Origin: Bdellovibrionota bacterium
Lineage (GTDB): Bacteria > Bdellovibrionota > Bacteriovoracia > Bacteriovoracales > Bacteriovoracaceae
DNA: 64,000 bases
Assembly: GCA_040387275.1 (NCBI GenBank)
Contig: JAZKDZ010000002.1
Location: 390,480 to 454,479 of the forward strand
Reading direction: 5' to 3'
Shown: positions 18,059-27,611 of the stretch, one piece after another
Layout: every line of letters begins with the position of its first letter
Numbering within the stretch: the first letter of the stretch is position 1
Translations under genes and position numbers: made by a program
The notes under the pieces: generated by a model
The model's database searches: none
What the model was told of the DNA's origin: nothing
What the model saw: the letters and a program-made list of their open reading frames with translations, nothing else

Positions 18059-19036
18059 TCACGCATGCTCAAAATAGTAAACGGAAAACAACTGATCTTT
18101 ATCCTGCCAGGATTTTTTGAGAACAAGTCCTGCCTGCTCTCCCAGTTCGGTAAATTCCTTCACGCTGTATTTATAAGAATTTTCCGTATGAATCGACTCC
18201 CCTTCGTGGAAGCGGAACACTGTCTGATTCACACGAACAAGTTGTGGCATCCGGCTGATCAGGTGCATTTCGATTCTTCCCTTCTCTTCATTGTAAATAG
18301 CTTCATGGCGGAAATTTTCCGGAACGAAAGTGGCGTTTGCCTCACGATTCAGGCGATAAAGAAGATTGAGATTAAACGCAGCTGTTACTCCTTCCGGATC
18401 GTTGTAGGCCAGTCTCAGAATTTCCGGATCTTTTTTTAAATCCACACCAATGAGAATGCCTCCGCCTTTGGAAAGCGCAGCCGCTTCCTTCAGAAAATCT
18501 CTGGCTTCATCGGGATCGAGATTTCCGATCGTGGAGCCCGGAAAGAAAACAATCTTCTTCCCTGGACGCGACTCGACTGTGAGGGGAAGAGAGAGTGATT
18601 TTGTAAAATCCGCGCACACCGGGTAGAGATCCATTCCCGGAAATTCGTCAATGAGCTCGCGGCTTGTGCGAAGAAGAATCTCCCGGGAGATTTCTAAGGG
18701 AACATAACTTCTTTTTCCATGGAGCTCTTTCAGGAGTATCCGCACTTTCTCGGCCGATCCACTTCCCGGTTCAATGATCATGACATCCTCGCCAATCATG
18801 TCGGCCATCTCCCGGGCATTATCCCGGAGAATTTTTGTTTCGGTTCTCGTGGGGTAGTAGGAAGGAAGAAGACAGATCTCTTCAAAAATCTCTGAGCCGG
18901 TTTTGTCATAGAGAAATTTTGCGGGAAGTGTTTTCTGACTTTTTGAAAGTCCCATAATCACTTCCGAGACGAGATTTCTCGACGGAGGAATGTGATCAGC
19001 AGCTTCTAATGAAAAGACTTCTTCTGTTTCAGTCAT
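18059..19036 (-). CDS. egtD: L-histidine N-alpha-methyltransferase EgtD (ergothioneine biosynthesis)
   Basis: EgtD signatures FLYDKTGSEIFEEI, YYPTRTE, EPGSGS, FFPGSTIGN and ENSYKY. The start at 19036 overlaps the egtB stop as ATGA. Confidence 0.8.
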   Translation of the reverse strand: MTETEEVFSLEAADHIPPSRNLVSEVIMGLSKSQKTLPAKFLYDKTGSEIFEEICLLPSYYPTRTETKILRDNAREMADMIGEDVMIIEPGSGSAEKVRILLKELHGKRSYVPLEISREILLRTSRELIDEFPGMDLYPVCADFTKSLSLPLTVESRPGKKIVFFPGSTIGNLDPDEARDFLKEAAALSKGGGILIGVDLKKDPEILRLAYNDPEGVTAAFNLNLLYRLNREANATFVPENFRHEAIYNEEKGRIEMHLISRMPQLVRVNQTVFRFHEGESIHTENSYKYSVKEFTELGEQAGLVLKKSWQDKDQLFSVYYFEHA

Positions 19037-20304
19037 GTCAGATCCTTCGCAAGACGGACACCGCCGTATTGCCATCTCATATGTGGGTAATAAAAATTTC
19101 TGTAGGTATGCCGGTAATGGGAAGAATCTGTGAGGCACGATCCTCCACGGAGAACCATCTGGTTCACCATGAATTTTTCATTGTACTCAGCAAGGTCTCC
19201 CGGATAGTTTTCGTATCGTGGATAAGGAAGATAGGCACTTTGGGTCCACTCCCAGACTGTTCCGTGAATGCCGGCGAATTCTTCGCCATCGTCCACTATC
19301 ATGGGTTCATAGATACCGTTTTCAAGAAAGTTACCGGAAATCTTTTCGCGTTTTGAGGCCACTTCCCATTCAAATTCCGTTGGAAGTCTTGCTCCCCTGA
19401 ATCGGGCAAAGGCATCGGCTTCATAATAAGAAAGGTGGCAGACAGGTGCACTCATATCTAATGGCACCATTCCCCAGAGAGTAAAGTGCCACCACTCTCC
19501 ATCGCGCTCTTCCCAATAGAGTGGATTTTTCCAGCCTTCGCGATTGATGTGATCCCAACCATCAGACAGCCAGTACCTCGGATTCAAATATCCGCCTTCC
19601 TGAACGAATTGCAAAAACTCTTCGTTGGTTACAGGATGACTCATCAGCATGAAGCTATCGATCCATTTCTTATGTCCGTCACTTTCGTTATCGTAATGGA
19701 ATGATGGTTCTGAAAGAGAAACACCAATATTCACCAGTCCCGAAGGAATGTTGATCCACGAAGGTGAAACATGTTCATGGACAGTCGTGAGCGCGCGCGC
19801 TTTATATCTGGGTCTCATCGGGTTTTCGAAAAAATTCCGCTTGATGTCCATCAGAAGAAGTTCCTGATGTTGCTGTTCGTGATTGATACCCATTTCCATG
19901 ATTTTCCGGACGGGTTCAATCTGATCAGTTGTGAGATTGTCGAGAAACTCCACCACTCTTAATCGTATTTCCAGGCGCCATTCGCGGATTTCCATCACAC
20001 CCGGCCGGGAAATTGATCTCCGGGCAGTCTTGGGAATGTGATTACCGATTCCCTTGTAATAAGAATTGAACATGAATCCGAATTCCGGTGTGACTTCATA
20101 CTTTGTGAATTTCCCGAGGAGAAACTGGGCATAGAACCAGCTGGTATGTCCCAGATGCCACTTTGGTGGTGACGTATCTTCTGTCACCGAAAGAGCGCAA
20201 TCTTCCGGTGAAAGTGGATCGCACAAACCGTCAGTGATTTCCTGAGAACGGATGAACCTTTCTTTTAATTCCCCGACTTCGCGGGTGAGTCCGACGATTT
20301 CCAT
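19033..20304 (-). CDS. egtB: Hercynine oxygenase / sulfoxide synthase EgtB (DinB_2 + FGE-sulfatase domains)
   Basis: The N-terminal DinB-like part carries an iron-binding His motif (INHEQQHQELLL). The C-terminal FGE-like domain ends ...RGGSCLTDSSHYRHTYRNFYYPHMRWQYGGVRLAKD. Confidence 0.85.
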   Translation of the reverse strand: MEIVGLTREVGELKERFIRSQEITDGLCDPLSPEDCALSVTEDTSPPKWHLGHTSWFYAQFLLGKFTKYEVTPEFGFMFNSYYKGIGNHIPKTARRSISRPGVMEIREWRLEIRLRVVEFLDNLTTDQIEPVRKIMEMGINHEQQHQELLLMDIKRNFFENPMRPRYKARALTTVHEHVSPSWINIPSGLVNIGVSLSEPSFHYDNESDGHKKWIDSFMLMSHPVTNEEFLQFVQEGGYLNPRYWLSDGWDHINREGWKNPLYWEERDGEWWHFTLWGMVPLDMSAPVCHLSYYEADAFARFRGARLPTEFEWEVASKREKISGNFLENGIYEPMIVDDGEEFAGIHGTVWEWTQSAYLPYPRYENYPGDLAEYNEKFMVNQMVLRGGSCLTDSSHYRHTYRNFYYPHMRWQYGGVRLAKDLT

Positions 20305-21797
20305 TATGTCTCCGGCAATTCCGAAATAGCGGGACCTTCAATAGGTGTACCATGAGTGTTAAAACGTGATCCGTGTGCCGGGCAATCCCAGGTTTTCTCG
20401 ATGTCGTTCCAGTGAACAATTCCCCCGAGGTGAGTGCACACGGCAGATTTTCTTTCGAAGTTATCCCCCTGCTCGTGATAAACACATGCTTTCGTAAGTC
20501 CGTGTCTCATGAGACATCCTGTATCTTCAGGAATTTCATCTTCACTTTTCACTTCACTGCCGGTCATCCAGTCAGCGTATTGAATCGCCACATTCACATT
20601 CTCTTTCACAAACTCCGTCATGTTTCTGAGTGGAGGACGTTTCGGATCATATATATCAGCGAGAGGATGAAATCGTTTTTCAATCAGATTCGGAATAATG
20701 TGCGAGGCAATCACGGCACTCGTCATCCCGCTACCCGAGTATCCGGTCGCGATATAGATATTTCTGTCGGTGCCAGGATTTTTTCCGATGTAACCGATCA
20801 CATCTGCTGGTTCAAAAACCTGGCCGGACCAGCGGTCAGTCACAACTCCCACGCAATCAAAATTCTTTCTTGTCCAGCTTTCAAGTTTAGTGAAGGGATT
20901 TTCATCCGGAGTCTGACCCACTCGATGATCTGCGCCACCCACAATCAATTTATTCTCGTGGACGCGGACATAGTGGTAAGGGTCCTCAGTATCCCACAGG
21001 AGAACATTTTCCACTTCACGAGTGAGCTCAAGAGCAATGGAATAAGTTCTGTAAGCATGCTGTTTAGTATGGATATGGAATCTGGTATTGATTGGTGTAT
21101 CCGTTGCGACAACTACATAGTCGGCCTGAATATCAAAATTGTGCTCAGTCCGGATGCGGGAAAGATCCGGCGTGGGATTTTCAATTTCCGTCACACGGGT
21201 ATTTTCATGAATGGTCACTCCAAGATCCACCAGGCATTCGATCAGCCCTTTCATGTATTTCAGAGGATGAAACTGGGCCTGAGCAGAAAATCTGAGCCCT
21301 GCTTTTTGATTCTTTAACAGTGGTGTATGCAAAACGGGGTCGAGCATGATGCCGCATTTTTTTCCCGCCTCATGCTCTTTTGAAAGATAGTTGTCACTGA
21401 CATTTTCTCCGAGGAAGAGATAACCATCCACGCGTTTAAAATCGCAGTGAATGTCTTCCTGTCCGACAATGCCTTCAATCGAATCAATGGCCCCTCTGTG
21501 AGCTTCCAGAAACTTCCGGACAGTTTCGAGATCATGCATTTTCAGAAGATGTGAAAAATCCTCTTCCAGCTGACAGGATAAATGGGCGGTGGTCCTTCCA
21601 CTCTGACCAGAACCAAGGCGGAATGATTCGAGAAGTGTGACTTTTTTCCCGCGCTTGGCGAGTTCATAAGCAATGGAGACTCCCGAGAGTCCCCCGCCGA
21701 TAATACACACTTCCGTTCTCTCATCTTTTTTGATCTCAGAAAAAACAGGGAGACTCAAGGTCTCCCATACAGAATCTGTTCTGTCTTTTATGCTCAT
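20304..21797 (-). CDS. FAD-dependent oxidoreductase (DAO-like) fused to C-terminal Rieske [2Fe-2S] domain
   Basis: The N-terminus VCIIGGGLSGVSIAYELAKRGKKVTLLE is a GxGxxG FAD-binding fold. The C-terminus CTHLGGIVHW...CPAHGSRF is a Rieske CxH...CxxH motif. Its stop overlaps the egtB start by 1 nt (TAATG). Confidence 0.8.
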   Translation of the reverse strand: MSIKDRTDSVWETLSLPVFSEIKKDERTEVCIIGGGLSGVSIAYELAKRGKKVTLLESFRLGSGQSGRTTAHLSCQLEEDFSHLLKMHDLETVRKFLEAHRGAIDSIEGIVGQEDIHCDFKRVDGYLFLGENVSDNYLSKEHEAGKKCGIMLDPVLHTPLLKNQKAGLRFSAQAQFHPLKYMKGLIECLVDLGVTIHENTRVTEIENPTPDLSRIRTEHNFDIQADYVVVATDTPINTRFHIHTKQHAYRTYSIALELTREVENVLLWDTEDPYHYVRVHENKLIVGGADHRVGQTPDENPFTKLESWTRKNFDCVGVVTDRWSGQVFEPADVIGYIGKNPGTDRNIYIATGYSGSGMTSAVIASHIIPNLIEKRFHPLADIYDPKRPPLRNMTEFVKENVNVAIQYADWMTGSEVKSEDEIPEDTGCLMRHGLTKACVYHEQGDNFERKSAVCTHLGGIVHWNDIEKTWDCPAHGSRFNTHGTPIEGPAISELPET

Positions 21798-22453
21798 AGA
21801 TGTTTCTCGAGGTTTGCCCTTCTCTCCTGATCTCTGATCCGGCTGATATCGGATGCTCCCAGATCAGCTTTCGAAAGATCTGATGCTGAATCAGAAGAAT
21901 CGAACGTTTCAAAAGAAGTAATTGTTTCTTCGCCCAGAACACCGGGTTTCAGAGAACGTCTCTGAACATCCACGATCGAGCGGTCTGCTTCGAGATGATT
22001 TTTTTTCCAGACGTAAGCGGCACCGAGAAATGCTGCTGAAAGAATCAGGTGAATGGAGTGATCCATTGTTCCGAATTCGAGAATGTTGGGAATCACACGA
22101 AGAAGATTCTGATCAGCGGCCATGTGTCCGACTCCCGGATAGCCAGGTTGTCCGATCACAAATCCTGCGACACCCAGAAGTCCGTAAACCACACCAAAGG
22201 CAACGGCAAAGGTGTAGGCCTTGCGGGAGTCGTCAGCGTAACCAAAGCTCAATGCGAGAGCTCCTGAGACTAAGTGAATCAGGTTGTGCGCCCATGATAA
22301 GTGCATGGACATAAGTCCAGGCATGATGATGCCTGCTAAACCAACTAAGACGAAGCCAGCGCCAAGAACGATGCAGGCCTTCTGGATGCTTGAGCGCGTG
22401 GCAAAAGCGGCCCGCGTATGTCGATGTCCGGTAGATTTCATTGTGGTGGCCAT
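21794..22453 (-). CDS. DUF4383-family membrane protein with D/S-rich acidic C-terminal tail
   Basis: Four TM helices with conserved His residues (SWAHNLIHLVSG, the DUF4383 pattern). Its stop overlaps the start of the FAD/Rieske gene by 4 nt. Confidence 0.45.
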   Translation of the reverse strand: MATTMKSTGHRHTRAAFATRSSIQKACIVLGAGFVLVGLAGIIMPGLMSMHLSWAHNLIHLVSGALALSFGYADDSRKAYTFAVAFGVVYGLLGVAGFVIGQPGYPGVGHMAADQNLLRVIPNILEFGTMDHSIHLILSAAFLGAAYVWKKNHLEADRSIVDVQRRSLKPGVLGEETITSFETFDSSDSASDLSKADLGASDISRIRDQERRANLEKHL

Positions 22454-22565
22454 AAAAACACTCCTTGTTTTTAATCAGGTGTTTCATCCCCTTAAAAGCA
22501 AGGCCCGGGCCAAAGATCGTGAGGGAAAACCCCCTGAAGACGTTAAGGCCGTAGATTTGTGTGGA

Positions 22566-22595
22566 GGAATGCCCCGGCAAATCGAGGGGCATTCC
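22566..22595. promoter_or_regulatory. Strong hairpin (10-bp perfect arms GGAATGCCCC/GGGGCATTCC, 10-nt loop) in divergent promoter region
   Basis: Read directly. It lies between the divergently transcribed DUF4383 operon and the S8 protease gene, and neither strand has a T-run, so it is not a canonical terminator. Confidence 0.3.
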
Positions 22596-22669
22596 CGAGT
22601 GATGCGCTCAAGCGAACTTCCTTTAATAAATAACTTTTCTATTCCGATAGAGCATACAGGGAGATTTCT

Positions 22670-24595
22670 ATGCGTAGTTTCATCATGCTGTCTGTATTTC
22701 TGACTCTATACGCCTGCGTGCAGGACGAGGGGAAAATTGACAGTGGTTCAGTCAGCGACAGCGGAACAACAACTGGATCAACCAGTGGTGGTTCAACGAC
22801 TGGCGGAACAAGCGGTGGCGTACCGACCGATCCTCTTTATACAAGACAGTGGCATTTGAATAACACTGCTCAGGATGTGGGAAGTTTTGTCAGCGCAACA
22901 CTCAACATCGATTCCACTCCAACGAATAACATTGATGCAAACATTGAAGAAGTTCACGATGCAGGAATTCTCGGTTCGGGAATTAAAATTGCTGTCTCTG
23001 ATAGTGGTGTGGATTATTCACATGAAGATCTTGATGCCAACGATCTTCCCCTGGAACACAGAAACTATTCTTTCGTGGATCCTGCCAGATGGCGGAACTC
23101 TGAAGCCTATCCTTCTGCCAATGAAGCGCATGGTACTGCTGTAGCAGGAATTGTGGCCGCTGAAGGATGGAATGATCTTGGTGGACGTGGTGTCGCTCCG
23201 TCTGCAACATTTGGTGCTTTCAAATTCATTCTTTCTTCTACTCAGGCCGATCACCAGGCGTCTTACGTTGATAAGATCATCGATCAGACTGACGGTGACT
23301 TCGATATCTTCAACTATAGTTATGGTTATGATCAGACATATTTTTTGAATGATTACGACGATGTTGTTGATGCTTTCAAGTCTGGTGTTGAAGATCTTCG
23401 TGCATCTAAAGGTGCTATCTACGTTCAGTCAGCAGGAAATGAATATCTCCAGGCAGCGTATCTCAGTACATTTCAGTACGTCGCCTCAGCGGGAAATACC
23501 AACGCCACGGCCTCTTTAAGTTTACCTTATAAGATTATCACCGCAGCAGTCAGTGCAGACGGCGTTAAGTCCAGCTACTCCTCTCCTGGTTCAGGAGTCT
23601 GGATCAGCGGACTTGGTGGTGAAGGTTTGGTCAATGTTGGTAGCGGAAGACTCGAATACTTCCCGGCTATCTACACAACAGATATCCGCGATTGCAGTTC
23701 CGGTTTCAGTTTCCGGAAATTCATCTACAGAATAAAAAATCCATTTAACTATGGATACGATCTCGATCTGAATGCTCTTTGTGATTATACAAATGAGATG
23801 AACGGAACTTCTTCGGCCGCTCCAATTGTATCCGGTGTTGTCGCCCTTATGCTTGAGGCCAATCCTGCGCTCACCTGGCGGGATGTAAAATACATTCTTG
23901 CTAAAACGGCAAGAGTCATCGATTACGATCCTCTTGATAATGAACTGACTCACCCGGATCCATTCTTCACTTATGTCGGTTACGTTTATGACTATAAGTG
24001 GGTCCCGAATACGGCCGGAAACCTTTTCTCTAACTGGTACGGTTTCGGTCTGGTTGATGCTGATGCTGCAGTTGCCATGGCAGCGAGCTGGGTACCTGCA
24101 CCTCTGGGACCATTAGGGGTTTATGTCAGAACAGAAAACGGTGCCGGGGTATGGACTCATACCAGTGCAGTGACCGTTGCTATCCCTGAGGACATCACGA
24201 CTCCTGCAACTTCTACCATTGCCGGTGTTGCCAGTTACGTTATTGAAGGTGTTCAGGTCAGGCTCACAACAGATCATCCGAATCCTGAACAGCTCGCTGT
24301 TCACCTGACAAGTCCTTCAGGAACTGTTTCAAGATTAGTACTCGCCGATTCCGGAAATATTTCCAGCGGTGATGATACTTATTATTTCCAGACGAATGCG
24401 TTTCTGGAAGAAGACTCGGGCGGGGCCTGGATTCTTTCGGTCTATGATCCACAAGATATTCCCGCGGAAGATTCTAACGGCGATTCGGACACAACAGACG
24501 ACGGAACTGTAGCGCCAGACTTCTTTAAAGATTATTACGTTGATGACCAGGGAAGTATCACTGGTTGGGCCATTAACATTCATGGACATCTGTGA
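22670..24595 (+). CDS. Secreted subtilisin/kexin-like S8 serine protease lipoprotein with C-terminal proprotein-convertase P-domain
   Basis: Lipobox LTLYAC; the catalytic triad context D (IAVSDSGVDYSHEDL), H (HGTAVAGIVAA) and S (GTSSAAPIVSGVVALM); a P-domain-like C-terminus (VQVRLTTDHPNPEQLAVHLTSPSGT). Confidence 0.8.
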   Translation: MRSFIMLSVFLTLYACVQDEGKIDSGSVSDSGTTTGSTSGGSTTGGTSGGVPTDPLYTRQWHLNNTAQDVGSFVSATLNIDSTPTNNIDANIEEVHDAGILGSGIKIAVSDSGVDYSHEDLDANDLPLEHRNYSFVDPARWRNSEAYPSANEAHGTAVAGIVAAEGWNDLGGRGVAPSATFGAFKFILSSTQADHQASYVDKIIDQTDGDFDIFNYSYGYDQTYFLNDYDDVVDAFKSGVEDLRASKGAIYVQSAGNEYLQAAYLSTFQYVASAGNTNATASLSLPYKIITAAVSADGVKSSYSSPGSGVWISGLGGEGLVNVGSGRLEYFPAIYTTDIRDCSSGFSFRKFIYRIKNPFNYGYDLDLNALCDYTNEMNGTSSAAPIVSGVVALMLEANPALTWRDVKYILAKTARVIDYDPLDNELTHPDPFFTYVGYVYDYKWVPNTAGNLFSNWYGFGLVDADAAVAMAASWVPAPLGPLGVYVRTENGAGVWTHTSAVTVAIPEDITTPATSTIAGVASYVIEGVQVRLTTDHPNPEQLAVHLTSPSGTVSRLVLADSGNISSGDDTYYFQTNAFLEEDSGGAWILSVYDPQDIPAEDSNGDSDTTDDGTVAPDFFKDYYVDDQGSITGWAINIHGHL

Positions 24596-25251
24596 AGAAT
24601 AAAAAGTTTCTCCCCCTTCATCTTATTCCGGTGACCCTCGTGGCAGGAATTCTCTTTTTCATGAAAGAGGAAAAAACAATCCGTGAGCCTCGTCGGGAAC
24701 CGACATCCATTCAGAAACAAAAAAAATATCATCCTCAAAGGATGCCCGAAGCGCAAAGATCACATGTCTCCCGCGCTCCTGCTTCACGTTCCACCGCTTC
24801 TACAAAGCCCTACAATCTGAATGAGCTTGCAGGATTTGTTGTACCTCATCCGGAAGTTGAACTTTCCCGTGGAAACATTCTCGCTACAAATCTCGGGGCC
24901 ATTCCTCTCAAAGAATGGAAACCCGGCATGTCACCGCTTCTGTACGACGATGGCGTTTATGGTTACTACAAGAAAGCTTCTGGCGATAAGAAATCCATTC
25001 CCGTCGCCTTTAACCCGAGACTCAAAGGTCTCTACCCTGTTTCAAGTGTTCTGCACGTTAAAGGTGTGGATCAGGCGACACGTGAAAAAATCCTCGGTCA
25101 GGGCTTTCAGGAATATGTTTATTTCAAGAATATCCAGAAACTTTCCATTAAAAGCTCTCCCGGAGAAGTGGTGAGACTCTATCAGGAACTCGAAAAGCGC
25201 GGATATAGCGTCAAGCTGGAAGTCCTTCGAGATCGGGCCGTCTCTCACTGA
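24592..25251 (+). CDS. Membrane-anchored hypothetical protein translationally coupled to the S8 protease
   Basis: A GTG start overlaps the protease stop (GTGA). There is an N-terminal TM helix (LPLHLIPVTLVAGILFF) and no recognisable domain. Confidence 0.4.
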   Translation: MKNKKFLPLHLIPVTLVAGILFFMKEEKTIREPRREPTSIQKQKKYHPQRMPEAQRSHVSRAPASRSTASTKPYNLNELAGFVVPHPEVELSRGNILATNLGAIPLKEWKPGMSPLLYDDGVYGYYKKASGDKKSIPVAFNPRLKGLYPVSSVLHVKGVDQATREKILGQGFQEYVYFKNIQKLSIKSSPGEVVRLYQELEKRGYSVKLEVLRDRAVSH

Positions 25252-25351
25252 TTTTCTGCAGGGCATCCTACCCTCTCTTCCCTCGACAGATTGCCCCTTT
25301 TTCCCCACAATAGTACGACAATCCTAAAGAACGTATTCCCGGAGAATTCTC

Positions 25352-26578
25352 ATGCAAAAAATCAAAGTAGCTAATCCTGTCGTTGAACTCGACGGCGATG
25401 AGATGACACGAATCATCTGGTCATTCATCAAAGATAAACTCATTTCCCCTTATCTCGATCTCGAGATTAAGTATTTCGATCTCGGGATGGAAAATCGTGA
25501 CAAGACTGATGACAAGGTCACTGTTGATGCTGCCGAAGCGATCAAGAAATATAATGTTGGTATCAAGTGCGCGACCATCACTCCTGATGAACAGCGTGTG
25601 AAAGAATTTAATCTGAAGCAGATGTGGAAGTCTCCGAACGGAACAATCCGTAACATCCTCGACGGAACAGTTTTCCGCGAGCCGATTATCATTTCTAATA
25701 TCCCTCGCCTCGTTCCAGGCTGGACTCAGCCGATTGTTATCGGCCGTCACGCATTCGGAGATCAGTATCGCGCAACTGATACAGTGATTCCTGGTAAAGG
25801 AACGCTCAAGATGACTTTCACTGGTGAGGACGGAAAAACTCAGGAGTGGGAAGTTTATAAATTCCAGGGTCCGGGTGTTGCTCTTTCCATGTACAACACA
25901 GAAGAGTCGATCAAAGGTTTCGCTTACTCGTGCTTCAATATGGCACTCGTGAAAGGCTGGCCGCTTTATCTCTCGACAAAAAACACGATTCTCAAAAAAT
26001 ACGATGGCCGCTTTAAGGATATCTTCCAGGACATCTACGAAAAAGAGTACAAGAAGAAATTTGAGGCCAAAGGCATCGTGTACGAACACCGTCTCATCGA
26101 TGACATGGTTGCCGCTTGTATGAAGTGGTCAGGCGGATTCGTCTGGGCATGTAAGAACTACGATGGTGACGTTCAATCAGACACTGTTGCTCAGGGCTTC
26201 GGCTCGCTCGGTCTCATGACTTCTGTTCTTCTCACACCAGATGGGAAAACAATGGAAGCTGAAGCTGCTCATGGAACAGTGACAAGGCACTATCGCCTTC
26301 ACCAGCAAGGGAAGCCGACATCGACAAATCCGATGGCGTCAATTTTTGCCTGGACTCGTGGTCTTCATCACCGCGGGAAACTCGACGGAAACAAAGAACT
26401 CCAGACTTTCTGTGAAACTCTGGAAGCTGTTTGTATCAAGACAGTGGAAGAAGGAAAAATGACGAAAGATCTCGCGGCCTGCATTCACGGAGAGAAAGTC
26501 ACTGCTGACAAATATCTCACGACAGAGCAGTTCCTCGAAGCAATCAATCAGAATCTTCAGAAGAGACTTACTAAGTAA
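25352..26578 (+). CDS. icd: NADP-dependent isocitrate dehydrogenase, eukaryote-like homodimeric (type II) form
   Basis: 408 aa. ...[13 protein letters not shown]..., [13 protein letters not shown] and [19 protein letters not shown] are hallmarks of IDH1/IDH2-type enzymes. Confidence 0.9.
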   Translation: MQKIKVANPVVELDGDEMTRIIWSFIKDKLISPYLDLEIKYFDLGMENRDKTDDKVTVDAAEAIKKYNVGIKCATITPDEQRVKEFNLKQMWKSPNGTIRNILDGTVFREPIIISNIPRLVPGWTQPIVIGRHAFGDQYRATDTVIPGKGTLKMTFTGEDGKTQEWEVYKFQGPGVALSMYNTEESIKGFAYSCFNMALVKGWPLYLSTKNTILKKYDGRFKDIFQDIYEKEYKKKFEAKGIVYEHRLIDDMVAACMKWSGGFVWACKNYDGDVQSDTVAQGFGSLGLMTSVLLTPDGKTMEAEAAHGTVTRHYRLHQQGKPTSTNPMASIFAWTRGLHHRGKLDGNKELQTFCETLEAVCIKTVEEGKMTKDLAACIHGEKVTADKYLTTEQFLEAINQNLQKRLTK

Positions 26579-26585
26579 TCAGCAA

Positions 26586-26610
26586 GGGGCCTTCGGGCCC
26601 CTTCTTTTTT
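26586..26610 (+). terminator. Rho-independent terminator after icd
   Basis: GGGGCC-TTCG-GGCCCC followed by TTCTTTTTT. Confidence 0.8.
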
Positions 26611-26618
26611 GAAACCGA

Positions 26619-27572
26619 ATGCCTCAATACCTAAAAAAACTTTTTCAAAAACAGACTACGTACGGTGCCATTGATCTGGGATCAAATGCCATGCGCTCAC
26701 TTATCGCCCGCAGAAACGGTGATGAGCTGACAGTGATAAAATCGTTCCGCGTGCCTCTTCGTTTAGGCGAAGATGTTTTCAACGGGGGCTTCCTCTCCCC
26801 TGCCAAGATGGAAGAGACGGAGAACGCCTTTATTGAGCTTTTCCACTCGTTTGCCGCCTATGGAGTGACTGAGGTCAGGGCGATGGCCACATCGGCCATG
26901 AGAGACGCTATAAACGGTCCTGAGCTCACGGAAAGAATCCTCAAATCGACCGGCATTCAGATCGAAATTATCCGTGGCAAAGAAGAAGCGCGATTTATCT
27001 GTGATGCCGTCAAGTCTCAGCTGAATTTTGGCAATTACGATGTGCTTCTGATGGATATCGGCGGAGGCTCAACTGAACTCACACTGATCAGTGAAGGAAA
27101 AATCGTCGGGGTGAAAAGTTTTAACGTCGGAACAGTCCGACTTCTTCATTACAAAAACCAGGTTGAGCTCGAGAAGAAAATCAATTTTGAGCTTGAACGG
27201 ATGCTGACCTTTATTAAAGAGAATTTCGGAAAAAGAAAGCCGCAATATTTCGTTGGTACGGGAGGAAATCTCCGCCGTATCGGAAAGATCAGAAAGAAAA
27301 CTCTGGGGAGACCAACCTCGCAGCTCGCGACGTACTCAGAGATCAGTCACATGGAAGATATTATTCTCTCCATGTCTTATGTTGAAAGGATTCGAGGACT
27401 CGAGCTCACGGAAAACCAGGCCGACGTGATCCTGCCCGCGACCATGCTCACTCAGAAACTCATGCAGAATTTGAAACTGACGGAAATTCTTCTTCCGAAG
27501 GTGGGCCTCAAGGAAGGAATTCTCCTTTCCATGCAGGAAGACCCACCGAAGAAATTTAATCTACTCGACTGA
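26619..27572 (+). CDS. Ppx/GppA-family phosphatase (exopolyphosphatase/guanosine pentaphosphatase N-terminal domains only)
   Basis: AIDLGSNAMRSLIAR...EVRAMATSAMRDA...LLMDIGGGSTEL, the actin-like ATPase fold of Ppx/GppA. At 317 aa it lacks the C-terminal HD domain. Confidence 0.8.
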   Translation: MPQYLKKLFQKQTTYGAIDLGSNAMRSLIARRNGDELTVIKSFRVPLRLGEDVFNGGFLSPAKMEETENAFIELFHSFAAYGVTEVRAMATSAMRDAINGPELTERILKSTGIQIEIIRGKEEARFICDAVKSQLNFGNYDVLLMDIGGGSTELTLISEGKIVGVKSFNVGTVRLLHYKNQVELEKKINFELERMLTFIKENFGKRKPQYFVGTGGNLRRIGKIRKKTLGRPTSQLATYSEISHMEDIILSMSYVERIRGLELTENQADVILPATMLTQKLMQNLKLTEILLPKVGLKEGILLSMQEDPPKKFNLLD

Positions 27573-27611
27573 TTAATAGGGACGCATGTCGTGCGCCCCA
27601 TGGAACATGAT

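Noticed and set aside
20373-21317. 314-aa +strand ORF antisense to the FAD/Rieske oxidoreductase
   Set aside because: It is a shadow ORF, and it has no start-site or RBS support.
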